Source: Clostridiales bacterium (lineage in GTDB: Bacteria; Bacillota; Clostridia; Saccharofermentanales; Saccharofermentanaceae). Taken from it: 64,000 nt of DNA. The stretch's first letter is position 1. The number at the start of each line of letters is the position of its first letter. Below the pieces are notes generated by a model, which saw only the letters and a program-made list of their open reading frames with translations, was not told the DNA's origin and made no database searches. Positions 19,140 to 29,116 of this stretch are shown in pieces. The position numbers were made by a program, and so were the translations under genes. Location of the stretch: the NCBI GenBank assembly GCA_017513085.1, contig JAFWDK010000027.1, positions 64,001-128,000 of the forward strand, given 5' to 3'.

Positions 19140-20123
19140 ATGGAGATTTTTCTGAATATTCTTTTACTGATCGTCGGATTTGCCATTCTGGTAAAGGGGG
19201 CAGATGTTTTTGTAGACGGAAGTGCTTCTCTTGCACGTATTTTTAAGGTTTCCGGATTGATCATCGGACTTACGATCGTGGCACTCGGAACAAGTGCACC
19301 GGAGCTGGCAGTCAGTACCACGGCAGCACTTACCGGATCCAACGAGATCGCTCTTAGTAACGTCATCGGCTCAAATCTTTTCAATCTTCTGATGGTCCTT
19401 GGCATATGTGCCGTCATCAGTCCTGTTCCTACAAGCAAAGATATTGTCAAGCGTGACTATCCGATTTCCCTTCTGGCCACAATACTCGTATTTTTCCTGG
19501 CTCATGGTATTCGCTTTTTTACCGGCGGGAATCCCCTTTCACTGGATGTAAATGCTGAGGCAGGCACATTCAGCCGCCTCGGAGGTATTATTCTTCTTGT
19601 ATGTTTCGTAAGTTACATCGTTCTTCTGATCGTTGAAGCGAAGAAGCATCCTTCCGAAGAAGAAAAAATCGAAGAAAGAAGCCTTGGAAAATGCATTCTC
19701 TTCATTATCCTCGGACTGGCCATGGTAATCGGTGGCGGACAGGCCGTCGTATACAGTGCGAAGGCCATCGCTCGTGACGCAGGTATGTCGGAAACACTGA
19801 TCGGCCTTACCGTCGTAGCATTCGGCACATCGCTTCCGGAACTGGTCACCTCGATCGTAGCCGCCAGAAAAAATGAAACCGAGCTTGCCGTCGGCAATGT
19901 CATCGGTTCCAATATCTTCAACCTTCTGTTTATTCTGGGTGTATCGACCACGATCCACCCGATCGGAGTAAACTACGCATCACTCTTCGACATGGTAGTG
20001 CTTTTCTTCGTGAGTGTTCTCACGTTCCTCTTCCTCTTTCGGAAAAGAAAACTTACACGCGTGGAAGGCATCATCATGATCCTCCTGTACTGTGCCCAGG
20101 TCACATTTGCGATCATTCGCTAA
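19140..20123 (+). CDS. calcium/sodium antiporter (CaCA, YrbG family)
   Basis: two alpha-repeats, GTSAPE...GSNLFN and GTSLPE...GSNIFN. Confidence 0.9.
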   Translation: MEIFLNILLLIVGFAILVKGADVFVDGSASLARIFKVSGLIIGLTIVALGTSAPELAVSTTAALTGSNEIALSNVIGSNLFNLLMVLGICAVISPVPTSKDIVKRDYPISLLATILVFFLAHGIRFFTGGNPLSLDVNAEAGTFSRLGGIILLVCFVSYIVLLIVEAKKHPSEEEKIEERSLGKCILFIILGLAMVIGGGQAVVYSAKAIARDAGMSETLIGLTVVAFGTSLPELVTSIVAARKNETELAVGNVIGSNIFNLLFILGVSTTIHPIGVNYASLFDMVVLFFVSVLTFLFLFRKRKLTRVEGIIMILLYCAQVTFAIIR

Positions 20124-20143
20124 CAGCACTTGGCCCGATAGGT

Positions 20144-21127
20144 TTACTTCAATTTAGATCTGTGGATCCCGTGCAGTACTGCGGATACTGCACCGAAAAG
20201 GACACCGGCGACCGGCCATACGACCCAGGTGATGTCCCATCTGTTCGTCAGAAAACTCCAAGCCAGATAGATGCCTGTAGCCACCATCCAGTAAGCAGGA
20301 GTGATCATGCGCAGAAGTGTATTGGACTTCTCTTCCCTGCTGTAGTCCCCTTCCTGAAGAAGCTTCTCGTAGCCGTCTTTGGTGATGCCGGCACGTATGA
20401 TCAGGTACGCACCGACTGCAACGCAGGCAAGCATCAGGCAGCAAAGGCCCATCAGCAACGGTTCATTATTCTCATCAATGATCGCACCGCTGATCAAAGC
20501 GATAACACCGATCATGCAGATCACGATACCCGTCGTGATCGAGGACACAAACTTCTTCTGGAACTTGTCCGACTTCGCGCGGACCATACCGTCGACACCA
20601 TACTCGCTGTCGAAGATCTCTTTTTCCAGCCACTCCCACTTACCTGTCGAGATACCTGCGGGAATAATAAAGATCAGGGAGATTGCCACGACGGCAAGAA
20701 GCAGCACCATGCCCAGCGCACCGGCCGGATCCTCAGCCAGCGGGATCTTTCCCAGTTTCTGCAGCGCCATGATACCCAGAAGCGGTATCGGGCACATGAT
20801 GCAGATCAAACAGCCAAGAGAGATCTTACTTGAAAAGTTCCGGTTATGCTCTAAAAAAGCATTGGCTTCTTCCATACTGAGACGACGGATGCCCGTCTCG
20901 GCCTCTTCTTCGACTACAGTCTGTCTCGCTTCATCATCCTTAAGAAGATAATCCGTGCTGACACCGAAAAGCTTGCTCATCTCCAGGATCCTCTGCAGGT
21001 CCGGCACCGACTGCGCACTTTCCCACTTGCTCACCGACTGTCTCGACACACCCAGCTTGTCCGCAAGTTCTTCCTGGGACCAGCCGTTCTTTTTTCTTTC
21101 ATCCATTATTTTATCTGCTAAGATCAT
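20144..21127 (-). CDS. XRE-family HTH protein with a multi-TM C-terminus
   Basis: WSQEELADKLGVSRQSVSKWE HTH followed by about 6 TM helices. Confidence 0.85.
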   Translation of the reverse strand: MILADKIMDERKKNGWSQEELADKLGVSRQSVSKWESAQSVPDLQRILEMSKLFGVSTDYLLKDDEARQTVVEEEAETGIRRLSMEEANAFLEHNRNFSSKISLGCLICIMCPIPLLGIMALQKLGKIPLAEDPAGALGMVLLLAVVAISLIFIIPAGISTGKWEWLEKEIFDSEYGVDGMVRAKSDKFQKKFVSSITTGIVICMIGVIALISGAIIDENNEPLLMGLCCLMLACVAVGAYLIIRAGITKDGYEKLLQEGDYSREEKSNTLLRMITPAYWMVATGIYLAWSFLTNRWDITWVVWPVAGVLFGAVSAVLHGIHRSKLK

Positions 21128-21381
21128 TTCTCTTACCTCACTTTGCCATCATTGACTGTCGTGCACTTGTCTTATGCCCCAATGATAGCAAAAGCCCCTC
21201 TTGCCTACTAGCAAGCCGACTTGGAAATCTGTCACCTGACAGTTGCGATCCCCTTATTTCGCACTTTACAGGGCGCACTCGGGCCTTCTGACCGCCGTTT
21301 CCACTCATGTCTATTTTACTCCAAAAGCACCTGCTTTGTGCTAGAATAAACGTAGGCAAACTTTCAAAAGGAGGACGGCAT

Positions 21382-22125
21382 ATGGAATCATTTGAAGAAA
21401 GGATCGAGAAACTCCAGAAGATCCTCGACGAAGCAAGATCCGTCGTCTTTTTCGGAGGAGCAGGGGTATCCACCGAGAGCGGCATCCCGGATTTCCGAAG
21501 CAAAGACGGACTTTATAACCAGCATGACGTACAGTTCGATAAATACCCTCCGGAATATCTCCTGAGCCACAGCTGTCTTTACGACCAGCCGAAAGTATTT
21601 TTTGAGTACTACCGCCAGAAGATGGACTGCCGCGGCATCGAGCCGAACATCACACACAAGAAACTCGCGGAGATGGAAAAGAGCGGCAAACTCACCGCCG
21701 TGATCACACAGAACATCGATGGTCTGCACCAGAAGGCCGGCAGCAAGAAAGTCTTCGAAGTACACGGCACGACGCAGCGTGTGTATTGTGATAAGTGCGG
21801 AAAAGAATATCCCTTTGATATTCTCTTTACTTCAGAAGAAGCTGTGCCACACTGTCCTTGCGGCGGCATGCTCCGTCCGGACGTTACGCTTTACGAAGAA
21901 AGTCTTCCGACAGATGCCTGGGAAGGCGCGATCGATGCCCTCGCCCACGCAGATGTATTCATCATCGGCGGAACCTCGCTGACCGTCTATCCGGCCAATA
22001 CCCTGACGCACTATTTCCGCGGCAAGCACCTGATCATCATGAACCGCGACGCGACTGCTCAGGACCGCTATGCCGAGATCGTGTTCCACGAGAATCTCGG
22101 ACAGGTATTCGGGAAACTGAAGTGA
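21382..22125 (+). CDS. cobB: NAD-dependent protein deacylase (sirtuin)
   Basis: GAGVSTESGIPDFR, TQNIDGLH, HG, Zn Cys pairs, GTSL; AGGAGG RBS. Confidence 0.92.
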   Translation: MESFEERIEKLQKILDEARSVVFFGGAGVSTESGIPDFRSKDGLYNQHDVQFDKYPPEYLLSHSCLYDQPKVFFEYYRQKMDCRGIEPNITHKKLAEMEKSGKLTAVITQNIDGLHQKAGSKKVFEVHGTTQRVYCDKCGKEYPFDILFTSEEAVPHCPCGGMLRPDVTLYEESLPTDAWEGAIDALAHADVFIIGGTSLTVYPANTLTHYFRGKHLIIMNRDATAQDRYAEIVFHENLGQVFGKLK

Positions 22126-22150
22126 TCCCCGAATAGATATATACAAAATC

Positions 22151-22189
22151 AAAACGACCGAAGCCTATCGCCGGCTCCGGTCGTTTTTT
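22151..22189. terminator. bidirectional terminator between cobB and the ABC-F gene
   Basis: AAAACGACCG...CGGTCGTTTTT. Confidence 0.75.
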
Positions 22190-22214
22190 ATCGTTCGCCT
22201 GAAATCTGAAACGC

Positions 22215-23810
22215 TTAAGCGTTCTCGCGCTTAGCTTCAAGATATTCGTCATAAGTCGTGCGCTTATCGATCAGACCACCCTCGGAGATCTCCATAATAC
22301 GGTTCGCAATCGAGTCCACGAACTGATGGTCGTGAGACGTAAACAGAAGCGCGCCTTTGAAAGCCTTGACACCCTCGTTCAGCGCCGTGATCGATTCAAG
22401 ATCAAGATGGTTCGTCGGGTCATCCAGGATCAGAACATTCGAGCCCGAAAGCATCATACGGGAAAGCATGCAGCGCACCTTTTCTCCACCGGAGAGCACC
22501 TTCGCCTCCTTGAGCGCCTCCTCACCCGAGAAAAGCATCCGTCCGAGATAGCCACGGATGAAGGTCTCATTCTGGTCCTTCGAAAACTGGCGCAACCAGT
22601 CGACCAGCGACAGATCACATCCGTCGAAAAAAGCACTGTTGTCTTTCGGAAGGTACGACTGCGAAGTCGTGATGCCCCACTTGAACTCTCCCTCATCCGG
22701 TTCCATTTCACCGGCCAGGATCGAGAACAGCGTCGTATTCGCCACTTCATCCTCACCTACGAAAGCGATACGATCATCGCGCTCCATCGTAAAGGAGATA
22801 TTATCCAGGACCTTTCTCCCGTTAACGGTTTTACTCAAACCCTTCACGAAAAGACAGTCATTACCGATCTCACGATCCATCGCAAAACTGATAAACGGAT
22901 AACGGCGCGACGATTTCAGAACTTCCGGGAGCTCCAGGTTCTCCAGAAGTTTCTTACGGGACGTCGCCTGCCGGGACTTACTGGCATTCGCCGAGAACCG
23001 CGCAATGAACTCCTGCAGTTCTTTTCGACGCGCCTCGATCTTCTTTGTCTGGTCCTTCAGCTGACGCAGAGACAACTGCGTGTACTCGTACCAGAAATCG
23101 TAGTTACCCTGGAACAAGGTCACCTTCGAAAAGTCGATATCCACGATATGTGTACATACCTTATTTAAGAAGTGACGGTCATGCGAAACGACCAGAACGG
23201 TATTCTCATAATCCATCAGGTAGTTTTCCAGCCAGTTGACCGTTTCCAGATCCAGGTGGTTCGTCGGCTCGTCGAGCAGAAGCACATCCGGCTCCCCGAA
23301 AAGCGCTTGCGCCAGAAGCACTTTCACCTTCTGGCCACCGGTCAGGTCCGCCATCGGGTGCTCATACATATCCTCGGAAAAACCCAGATACTGCAACAGC
23401 ATCTCCGCATTGCTCTCCGCCGACCATCCATCGAGTTCTGCAAACTCACCCTCAAGTTCACCAAGGATAATGCCGTCCTCGTCATTAAAATCGGTTTTGG
23501 AATATAACCGCTCTTTCTCCTTCATGATCTCATAAAGACGTTTATGTCCCATGATGACCGTCTCACGGATCGTATAGTCGTCATACTTAAAGTGATCCTG
23601 CTCCAGCACGCTCATGCGCTCGCCCTGGCCCAACGTCACAAAGCCCTTATTCGACTCGATCTCTCCGGAAAGGATCTTCAAAAAAGTCGATTTACCTGCA
23701 CCATTGGCACCGATAATGCCATAGCAGTTTCCTTTCGTAAATGAAATATTCACATCTTCAAACAACGTCCGCCCGCCAAAGCGCAGCGTCACACCTGAAA
23801 CATCCAGCAT
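22215..23810 (-). CDS. ABC-F family ATPase (YbiT/YkpA type)
   Basis: two NBDs, no TM, DEPTNHLD and THDRHFL-like motifs, inter-domain linker; second Walker A is degenerate (GEDEVANTT). Confidence 0.9.
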   Translation of the reverse strand: MLDVSGVTLRFGGRTLFEDVNISFTKGNCYGIIGANGAGKSTFLKILSGEIESNKGFVTLGQGERMSVLEQDHFKYDDYTIRETVIMGHKRLYEIMKEKERLYSKTDFNDEDGIILGELEGEFAELDGWSAESNAEMLLQYLGFSEDMYEHPMADLTGGQKVKVLLAQALFGEPDVLLLDEPTNHLDLETVNWLENYLMDYENTVLVVSHDRHFLNKVCTHIVDIDFSKVTLFQGNYDFWYEYTQLSLRQLKDQTKKIEARRKELQEFIARFSANASKSRQATSRKKLLENLELPEVLKSSRRYPFISFAMDREIGNDCLFVKGLSKTVNGRKVLDNISFTMERDDRIAFVGEDEVANTTLFSILAGEMEPDEGEFKWGITTSQSYLPKDNSAFFDGCDLSLVDWLRQFSKDQNETFIRGYLGRMLFSGEEALKEAKVLSGGEKVRCMLSRMMLSGSNVLILDDPTNHLDLESITALNEGVKAFKGALLFTSHDHQFVDSIANRIMEISEGGLIDKRTTYDEYLEAKRENA

Positions 23811-24069
23811 CTTTATTCGTCCTTTTTCTCTTTTTTTCGTCATGCCATTCGGCCTAAAGTGACACGAATCGCATATATATATGAACAGAAAGTCATTTTA
23901 TCCGGCTTTTTCAAAAGCACTTCGCCGTGTCATAGTATCGGAAAGTGCCGATTTCGTCAACACTTCAGCATTTTTTGCTTATCATGTCGCTTTTGTAATT
24001 TGCCTCTTGCATTTTTCTCCTATACTGAAGACAATAAACGAGAGGAGCGATGGTTTCCATCATAATCAC

Positions 24070-25248
24070 ATGAGCGAGAATTATTACTACACTATGCCGG
24101 ATACGAACCAGATCAACAATACATATAACAACGATGCATCAGACAACGCGGACAATAAGAAAACAAAGAGCCCCTATCTGCGTCTTCTTCTCACCTGTAT
24201 GTTGATCCTGACTATTATTCTTGCAATCGGCGGCACCGCCTATTTTCTTCACGATCAAGGCATCGTAGATCTGCCCGGTTTTTCGGCAAAGAGTTCGGAA
24301 GCCTCACGAAGAAGCAACAAGAAAACTTCTTCCAACGGTGGCGTCAAAGCCCTGGCGGGAGGTCCTGAAATGACATTACCGGAAACCGGTGATCTGACCG
24401 GCACCGTAGTGATCCTTGATGCCGGACATGGCGGAAGAGACACCGGATGCGTTTTCCCCTTTAATAATCCGGATTATAATGAATGCGACTTCACGCTTCG
24501 TATCGCCGAGCAGGTTAAGAAGGACCTCACATCTCGCGGAGCAACCGTATATATGACACGTACCGACAACGATTGGGTCTCACTTTATAACCGTATCGCC
24601 CAGACCCACCTGATCTGCATGGACATCGCCAAAGAGCGTGGCGTCCTTCCGTTCTCGGAAGAACGTGAAAGTGAACTTCGCGCGCTCCTGCAGCAGTCGA
24701 TCGACATCAACGAAGATACTGTAGCTTCCGGCGGCATGGGCCTCATGGTCGGATCCGGAGTCGGCGAAGATCTTAAGGAATTGATGGAAATGGAGTATGA
24801 ACTGGAAAACGTGTTCTTCCTTTCTATTCACCTTAACTCCAACGAATCCCGTACTTTACACGGTACACAGATCTACTACGTTACAGACGAATCCATTATC
24901 AAGAGCGAGCGCAACCAGATGCGGACCAATTCCGAATTCCGTCGCTCTGACTTCCCGATCCGTGACGAATACTATGGTCGTCCGAGTGAAAGAAGTGAGA
25001 TCCTTTCCCAGTACCTCTATGATTGTATCGTCGGCGAGATCCCGGAATTCGAAACCAACGCACATCCGGTCCTGGATGACAACTACGCCGTACTCCGTGA
25101 GCATGGCCTGACCGGCGCACTGGTCGAGGTTTCCTTCCTCTCCGATGACAATGACCGCGAGATCCTTCTCCAGGATGGCACCAACGCCAAAGTGGCCAAG
25201 GGCATCGGTGACGCACTTGCTTACTACAAGTTGCAAGAAGAAGGCTGA
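24070..25248 (+). CDS. membrane-anchored N-acetylmuramoyl-L-alanine amidase (Amidase_3)
   Basis: DAGHGG, NE, SIHLN, LVEVSFLS Zn/catalytic residues; N-terminal TM; start uncertain. Confidence 0.85.
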   Translation: MSENYYYTMPDTNQINNTYNNDASDNADNKKTKSPYLRLLLTCMLILTIILAIGGTAYFLHDQGIVDLPGFSAKSSEASRRSNKKTSSNGGVKALAGGPEMTLPETGDLTGTVVILDAGHGGRDTGCVFPFNNPDYNECDFTLRIAEQVKKDLTSRGATVYMTRTDNDWVSLYNRIAQTHLICMDIAKERGVLPFSEERESELRALLQQSIDINEDTVASGGMGLMVGSGVGEDLKELMEMEYELENVFFLSIHLNSNESRTLHGTQIYYVTDESIIKSERNQMRTNSEFRRSDFPIRDEYYGRPSERSEILSQYLYDCIVGEIPEFETNAHPVLDDNYAVLREHGLTGALVEVSFLSDDNDREILLQDGTNAKVAKGIGDALAYYKLQEEG

Positions 25249-25412
25249 TTTCGCTTTAAAATTCGTCAAAATCACTATATTCCCTCTCAGCTACTGAAAA
25301 ATAAGCCTTTCGACGATATGTTCACACTTCTTTTTCAAAATATATCAAATTTGTAATTTACAACTGCCGAGAAAAGTTTATACTATAGTTGCACATTAAA
25401 GAGAGGAACGAT

Positions 25413-26606
25413 ATGAAAAACAACCAACCACATTCGAGATCTTACACGGGCGCTTCAAAAGCCAATACAACCCAAACCTATTCCCAAACCACGCGTCCGT
25501 CTCGAAGAAAAACCAAGTATGCCCGTCTGGTATTAGCATACGCAATCTTCATTGTATGTTCTGTACTAGCTCTTGGTGGCGGTGTGTATCTTCTCTACCG
25601 CACGGGTCTTTTTGGTAATTCGAGCCGGTCTGAAGAGGAAACCTCTTCGGCCGGCCTTTCCAATATTACAAGCGAAGCGACCACTCTCGCTTCAACTTCC
25701 CTTGAAGAAACCACTTCTCTTCCGACTACACTTCCTAATGCCGGCGACCTGACAGGATATACGATCATTCTCGATCCGGGACACGGCGGTTGGGACCGTG
25801 GTACTTCCTATCCGTACAACAGCGACCAGAACGAGGAGCCGACGATCACGATCAAGATTGCCGAAGTGCTCAAGCCGGAACTGGAAAGCCGTGGCGCGAA
25901 AGTATATTTAACACGTACGGAAGACAAATACTATTCCCTTTACTATCGTATCGCTGAAGTTCATCTGATCTGCATGGATATTGCCAAGGAACGTGGTATT
26001 CTCCCCTTCTCCGCCGAGCACGAGCAGGAGCTGAGGAATAAGCTGGAAGAGATCAAGACGATCAATGATAACAGTTATTCGAAGGGCGGCATGGGTTTCA
26101 TGGGCGGAACCGGTGTTGGCGAAGAGTTGCGAGAGCTTTTCGAGATGGAATACAAGCTTCCTGACGTCGTCTTTATGTCCATCCACCTGAATGCGCACTA
26201 TGATGACAATACCCATGAGCCGGTCAATCACCATGGTCTTGAAGTAACTTTCGTTACGGATGACGCGGTCAACACTTACGAAGGCAACCCGAAGAATCAG
26301 ACAGCCGGCGCTCCGGTCCGCGATGCTTATCACGGCCGTCCGAACGAGCATAATCAGTTATACTGTCAGACGATCTATGATACGGTTACGGCAGGCATGC
26401 CGGAACTCAAGTCCAATATGGACAAGCCGGTCTACACCGCAAACTGGGCCGTCATCCGAAAGATCGGACTGGTCGGCACATTGTTTGAATATGGTTTCAT
26501 CTCTCACGAGACGGACCGCAACATCCTGACAAACGAAGAATCGTTAAAGAAGATGTGCGGTTACGTAGCCGACGGATTCGAAGAGTATTTCAAGCAGATC
26601 AAGTAA
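25413..26606 (+). CDS. membrane-anchored N-acetylmuramoyl-L-alanine amidase, paralog of the upstream gene
   Basis: DPGHGG, SIHLN, FEYGFIS; shares HLICMDIAKERG with the upstream amidase. Confidence 0.85.
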   Translation: MKNNQPHSRSYTGASKANTTQTYSQTTRPSRRKTKYARLVLAYAIFIVCSVLALGGGVYLLYRTGLFGNSSRSEEETSSAGLSNITSEATTLASTSLEETTSLPTTLPNAGDLTGYTIILDPGHGGWDRGTSYPYNSDQNEEPTITIKIAEVLKPELESRGAKVYLTRTEDKYYSLYYRIAEVHLICMDIAKERGILPFSAEHEQELRNKLEEIKTINDNSYSKGGMGFMGGTGVGEELRELFEMEYKLPDVVFMSIHLNAHYDDNTHEPVNHHGLEVTFVTDDAVNTYEGNPKNQTAGAPVRDAYHGRPNEHNQLYCQTIYDTVTAGMPELKSNMDKPVYTANWAVIRKIGLVGTLFEYGFISHETDRNILTNEESLKKMCGYVADGFEEYFKQIK

Positions 26607-26617
26607 GGAGAGGTCTT

Positions 26618-27430
26618 ATGAGCATCGCCGTCATCACCGGAGCATCATCTGGAATGGGCGAAGAATTTGCCCGACGGCTCGTTGCGGAAAAAGACGGGTT
26701 TCCCGGCGCTCCTTTTGACGAGATCTGGCTGATCGCAAGATCAGAAGAGAAGCTGCGTCTCCTCGCCGAAGAACTTGGCGGAAACAGATACCGCGCGCTC
26801 CCTCTGGATTTAACCTCTCCTTCCGACATCTCCCGTCTTTCCGATATTTTAGAAGAAGAAAAACCACAAGTCGGACTTCTCATCAACTGTGCCGGCATGG
26901 GCAAACTGGGTGCTTTTGCCTCACACAGCAAGCAGGACGTGCATACGATGGTAACTTTGAACTGCACGGCCTTGAGCGAAGTCACGCACATGTTTCTTCC
27001 CTACATGATCTCTTACGGCGACACGCTTTCGGCAAAAGGCGGTCCCCGAATCATCAACATCGCGTCTTCCGCCGGTTTCCTTCCGCAGCCGGATTTCGCA
27101 CTTTACGCCGCGACAAAATCCTTCGTGATCTCTTTGTCGCGCGCGCTCCACGTCGAAGTAAAACCGCACCATATATCGGTCACCTGCGTGTGCCCGGGAC
27201 CGGTGGATACAAATTTCGTCAAAGTCTCCAAGAGTGACCCGAACGCCCGGATCACCGGATTCAAAGCCAAATTTGTCACTACCGTCGACAAGCTGATCCC
27301 TGCCTCGCTTCGTGCCGCCAAAAAAGGCAAGCGGATGCTGGTCTTCGGATTCGGGCAGAAAATGCTGCACCTCGCTTCGAAGATCCTTCCCACGAATCTG
27401 ATCCTGTATTTCGAAAAAGATATGAAATAA
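26618..27430 (+). CDS. short-chain dehydrogenase/reductase
   Basis: TGASSGMG, NCAG, YAATK, CPGPV. Confidence 0.9.
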   Translation: MSIAVITGASSGMGEEFARRLVAEKDGFPGAPFDEIWLIARSEEKLRLLAEELGGNRYRALPLDLTSPSDISRLSDILEEEKPQVGLLINCAGMGKLGAFASHSKQDVHTMVTLNCTALSEVTHMFLPYMISYGDTLSAKGGPRIINIASSAGFLPQPDFALYAATKSFVISLSRALHVEVKPHHISVTCVCPGPVDTNFVKVSKSDPNARITGFKAKFVTTVDKLIPASLRAAKKGKRMLVFGFGQKMLHLASKILPTNLILYFEKDMK

Positions 27431-27471
27431 CGCGCAAAGCTGAATCTCGCGCCAGAAGCTTCACCCTGCCG

Positions 27472-28362
27472 TCAGAGCTGAAGCTTGAATATCGTGCGTT
27501 CCTTACCGTGCGTGATCTTCTTTCGGATCAGGTCCAGGATCGTGCAGAGCCACACACCCAGAATAAAGCCCACCACATTCATCCAGGCATCGTCGATATC
27601 GCACTCGCCCATATGGAACAGGTACTGCACCGCTTCGATGGAACCGGCAAGAAAAAACGGGAAGATGTATAAGATCCATCGGTGAGCTCTCTCCCTCCAC
27701 CACAGAGCCATATAGAAGCCCATCGGCATGAAGATCAGGAGGTTTCCGAAAAACTGCACAAAGATACCATCCCGGAACTTTCCTTTCTTGATCATTGGCC
27801 AGTATACGGCAAAAGCACCCTTCAGCGGCTTGAGATTCAAAGTTCCGTTTCCGAAGTGGCGGTTTCTCTGAAGCACAAAAAGATCAGCCAGAAGAAGCAG
27901 ATACAAGAGAAAAAACACAATGCTCGAACAGAAAAAACCTCGTCCGAAAGTACGGCGGATATGCGCGGCATTCCATTTCTTATGCGCGAAGAGCCGTATC
28001 AGGATCGTAACGGATACACCGCCACACCACATCAGGATGACCTGAAAACACCATTCGTAGTCCATAGCCTTCAGCATGGCTTTTATTCCGCCATCCAGAT
28101 GGCTGAAGAAAAAATACAGCGTATTGGCCAGAATGCCGAAAGTCTGAAGTAACGAGCACAGAAAATGGCTCTTGGAAAGAATGAACATAAAAAAAGTCAT
28201 GCCTACCGCCATACCCAGCAGGAAAAACTCCTGCCAAGGCGAAAACAGCAATGATTCACTTACTTCAATAAGCATCGGATGCAATCCGACACTGGCGATA
28301 AATGCCAGTGCAATGAGTTGATTTAAACCTCTGTTTCTGGATTTTTTTGCATTACTCTTCAT
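27472..28362 (-). CDS. VanZ-family membrane protein
   Basis: GNLLIFMPMGF, IEAVQY, DIDD..MNVVG; overlaps the aroQ stop. Confidence 0.8.
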   Translation of the reverse strand: MKSNAKKSRNRGLNQLIALAFIASVGLHPMLIEVSESLLFSPWQEFFLLGMAVGMTFFMFILSKSHFLCSLLQTFGILANTLYFFFSHLDGGIKAMLKAMDYEWCFQVILMWCGGVSVTILIRLFAHKKWNAAHIRRTFGRGFFCSSIVFFLLYLLLLADLFVLQRNRHFGNGTLNLKPLKGAFAVYWPMIKKGKFRDGIFVQFFGNLLIFMPMGFYMALWWRERAHRWILYIFPFFLAGSIEAVQYLFHMGECDIDDAWMNVVGFILGVWLCTILDLIRKKITHGKERTIFKLQL

Positions 28363-29116
28363 GGGTCTCGTTTCTTAGTCGGGTCTGCCTTTCTTTGGAA
28401 AGCCGCATGATCTCCTTCATGAAATCCTGCGCCAAATCCGCGTATTGCTTCTCCACCCCATTTCCGGCCTGTTCCAGGATCTCCTGCTCTCTTGCCGGCA
28501 CGTACGTTTCTTTACCCATCTCCATTTTTATCTTCGCGATACGCTCCACGTGCTTCATCCTCCGCTCAAAAAGCACCAGAAGCTCTTTGTTCAACTGATC
28601 CACGGCCAGGCGTTCTTCCGCAAGAAGCGCCTCAGGTCCTGCCTTCTCTTCCGCTTTCAGTTCTTCCGTGGTCGTTGTATCTTTCATATACTTATCCACC
28701 AGTTTTTCCATCGCAACCAGATAGCTCTTCACGCCCAACCCGCTGATCTGCTCTACGCAGACCGCTTCAATGACAGAACGGTTCCGGAAATCCTCACGAT
28801 TATGGATATCGGAAAGATGCACTTCCACCACCGGGATCTTGATCAGTTCGATGGCGTCACGGATAGCGATGCTATAGTGTGTGTATGCGCCGGCGTTGAG
28901 CACAATGCCGTCCACTACACCCATGGACGTGTGAAGTTTCCGGATCAAAGCCGACTCGGATTCAGACTGAAAGCAGACCACCTTCACACCCAGTTCGATG
29001 CCCTTATTGATGCAGGCATTCTCCAGATCCGCAAGGGTCCCGCTACCGTAATGCTTCGGATCACGCTTACCCAGCATGGAAAGGTTCGGTCCGTTCATGA
29101 TCAATATCGTCTTCAT
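28352..29116 (-). CDS. aroQ: type II 3-dehydroquinate dehydratase fused to chorismate mutase
   Basis: NGPNL, NAGAYTHYS, EVHLS; C-terminal CM_2-like helices (FERRM..IAKIK..PAREQEIL). Confidence 0.88.
   Translation of the reverse strand: MKTILIMNGPNLSMLGKRDPKHYGSGTLADLENACINKGIELGVKVVCFQSESESALIRKLHTSMGVVDGIVLNAGAYTHYSIAIRDAIELIKIPVVEVHLSDIHNREDFRNRSVIEAVCVEQISGLGVKSYLVAMEKLVDKYMKDTTTTEELKAEEKAGPEALLAEERLAVDQLNKELLVLFERRMKHVERIAKIKMEMGKETYVPAREQEILEQAGNGVEKQYADLAQDFMKEIMRLSKERQTRLRNETHEE

Noticed and set aside
21230-21250. GTCACCTGACAGTTGCGA upstream of cobB as a second copy of the vWA palindrome
   Set aside because: Only partial similarity with different spacing; not palindromic
21382-22125. 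Sirtuin + macrodomain as a SirTM ADP-ribosylation or Sir2 defence system
   Set aside because: The sirtuin has canonical deacylase motifs, lies 19 kb from the macrodomain, and has no GcvH-L, lipoate ligase, HerA or Argonaute neighbour
24042-24073. 7-codon uORF MVSIIIT whose stop overlaps the amidase ATG
   Set aside because: The GAGGAG lies only 2 nt from its ATG, too close for efficient initiation; no other support
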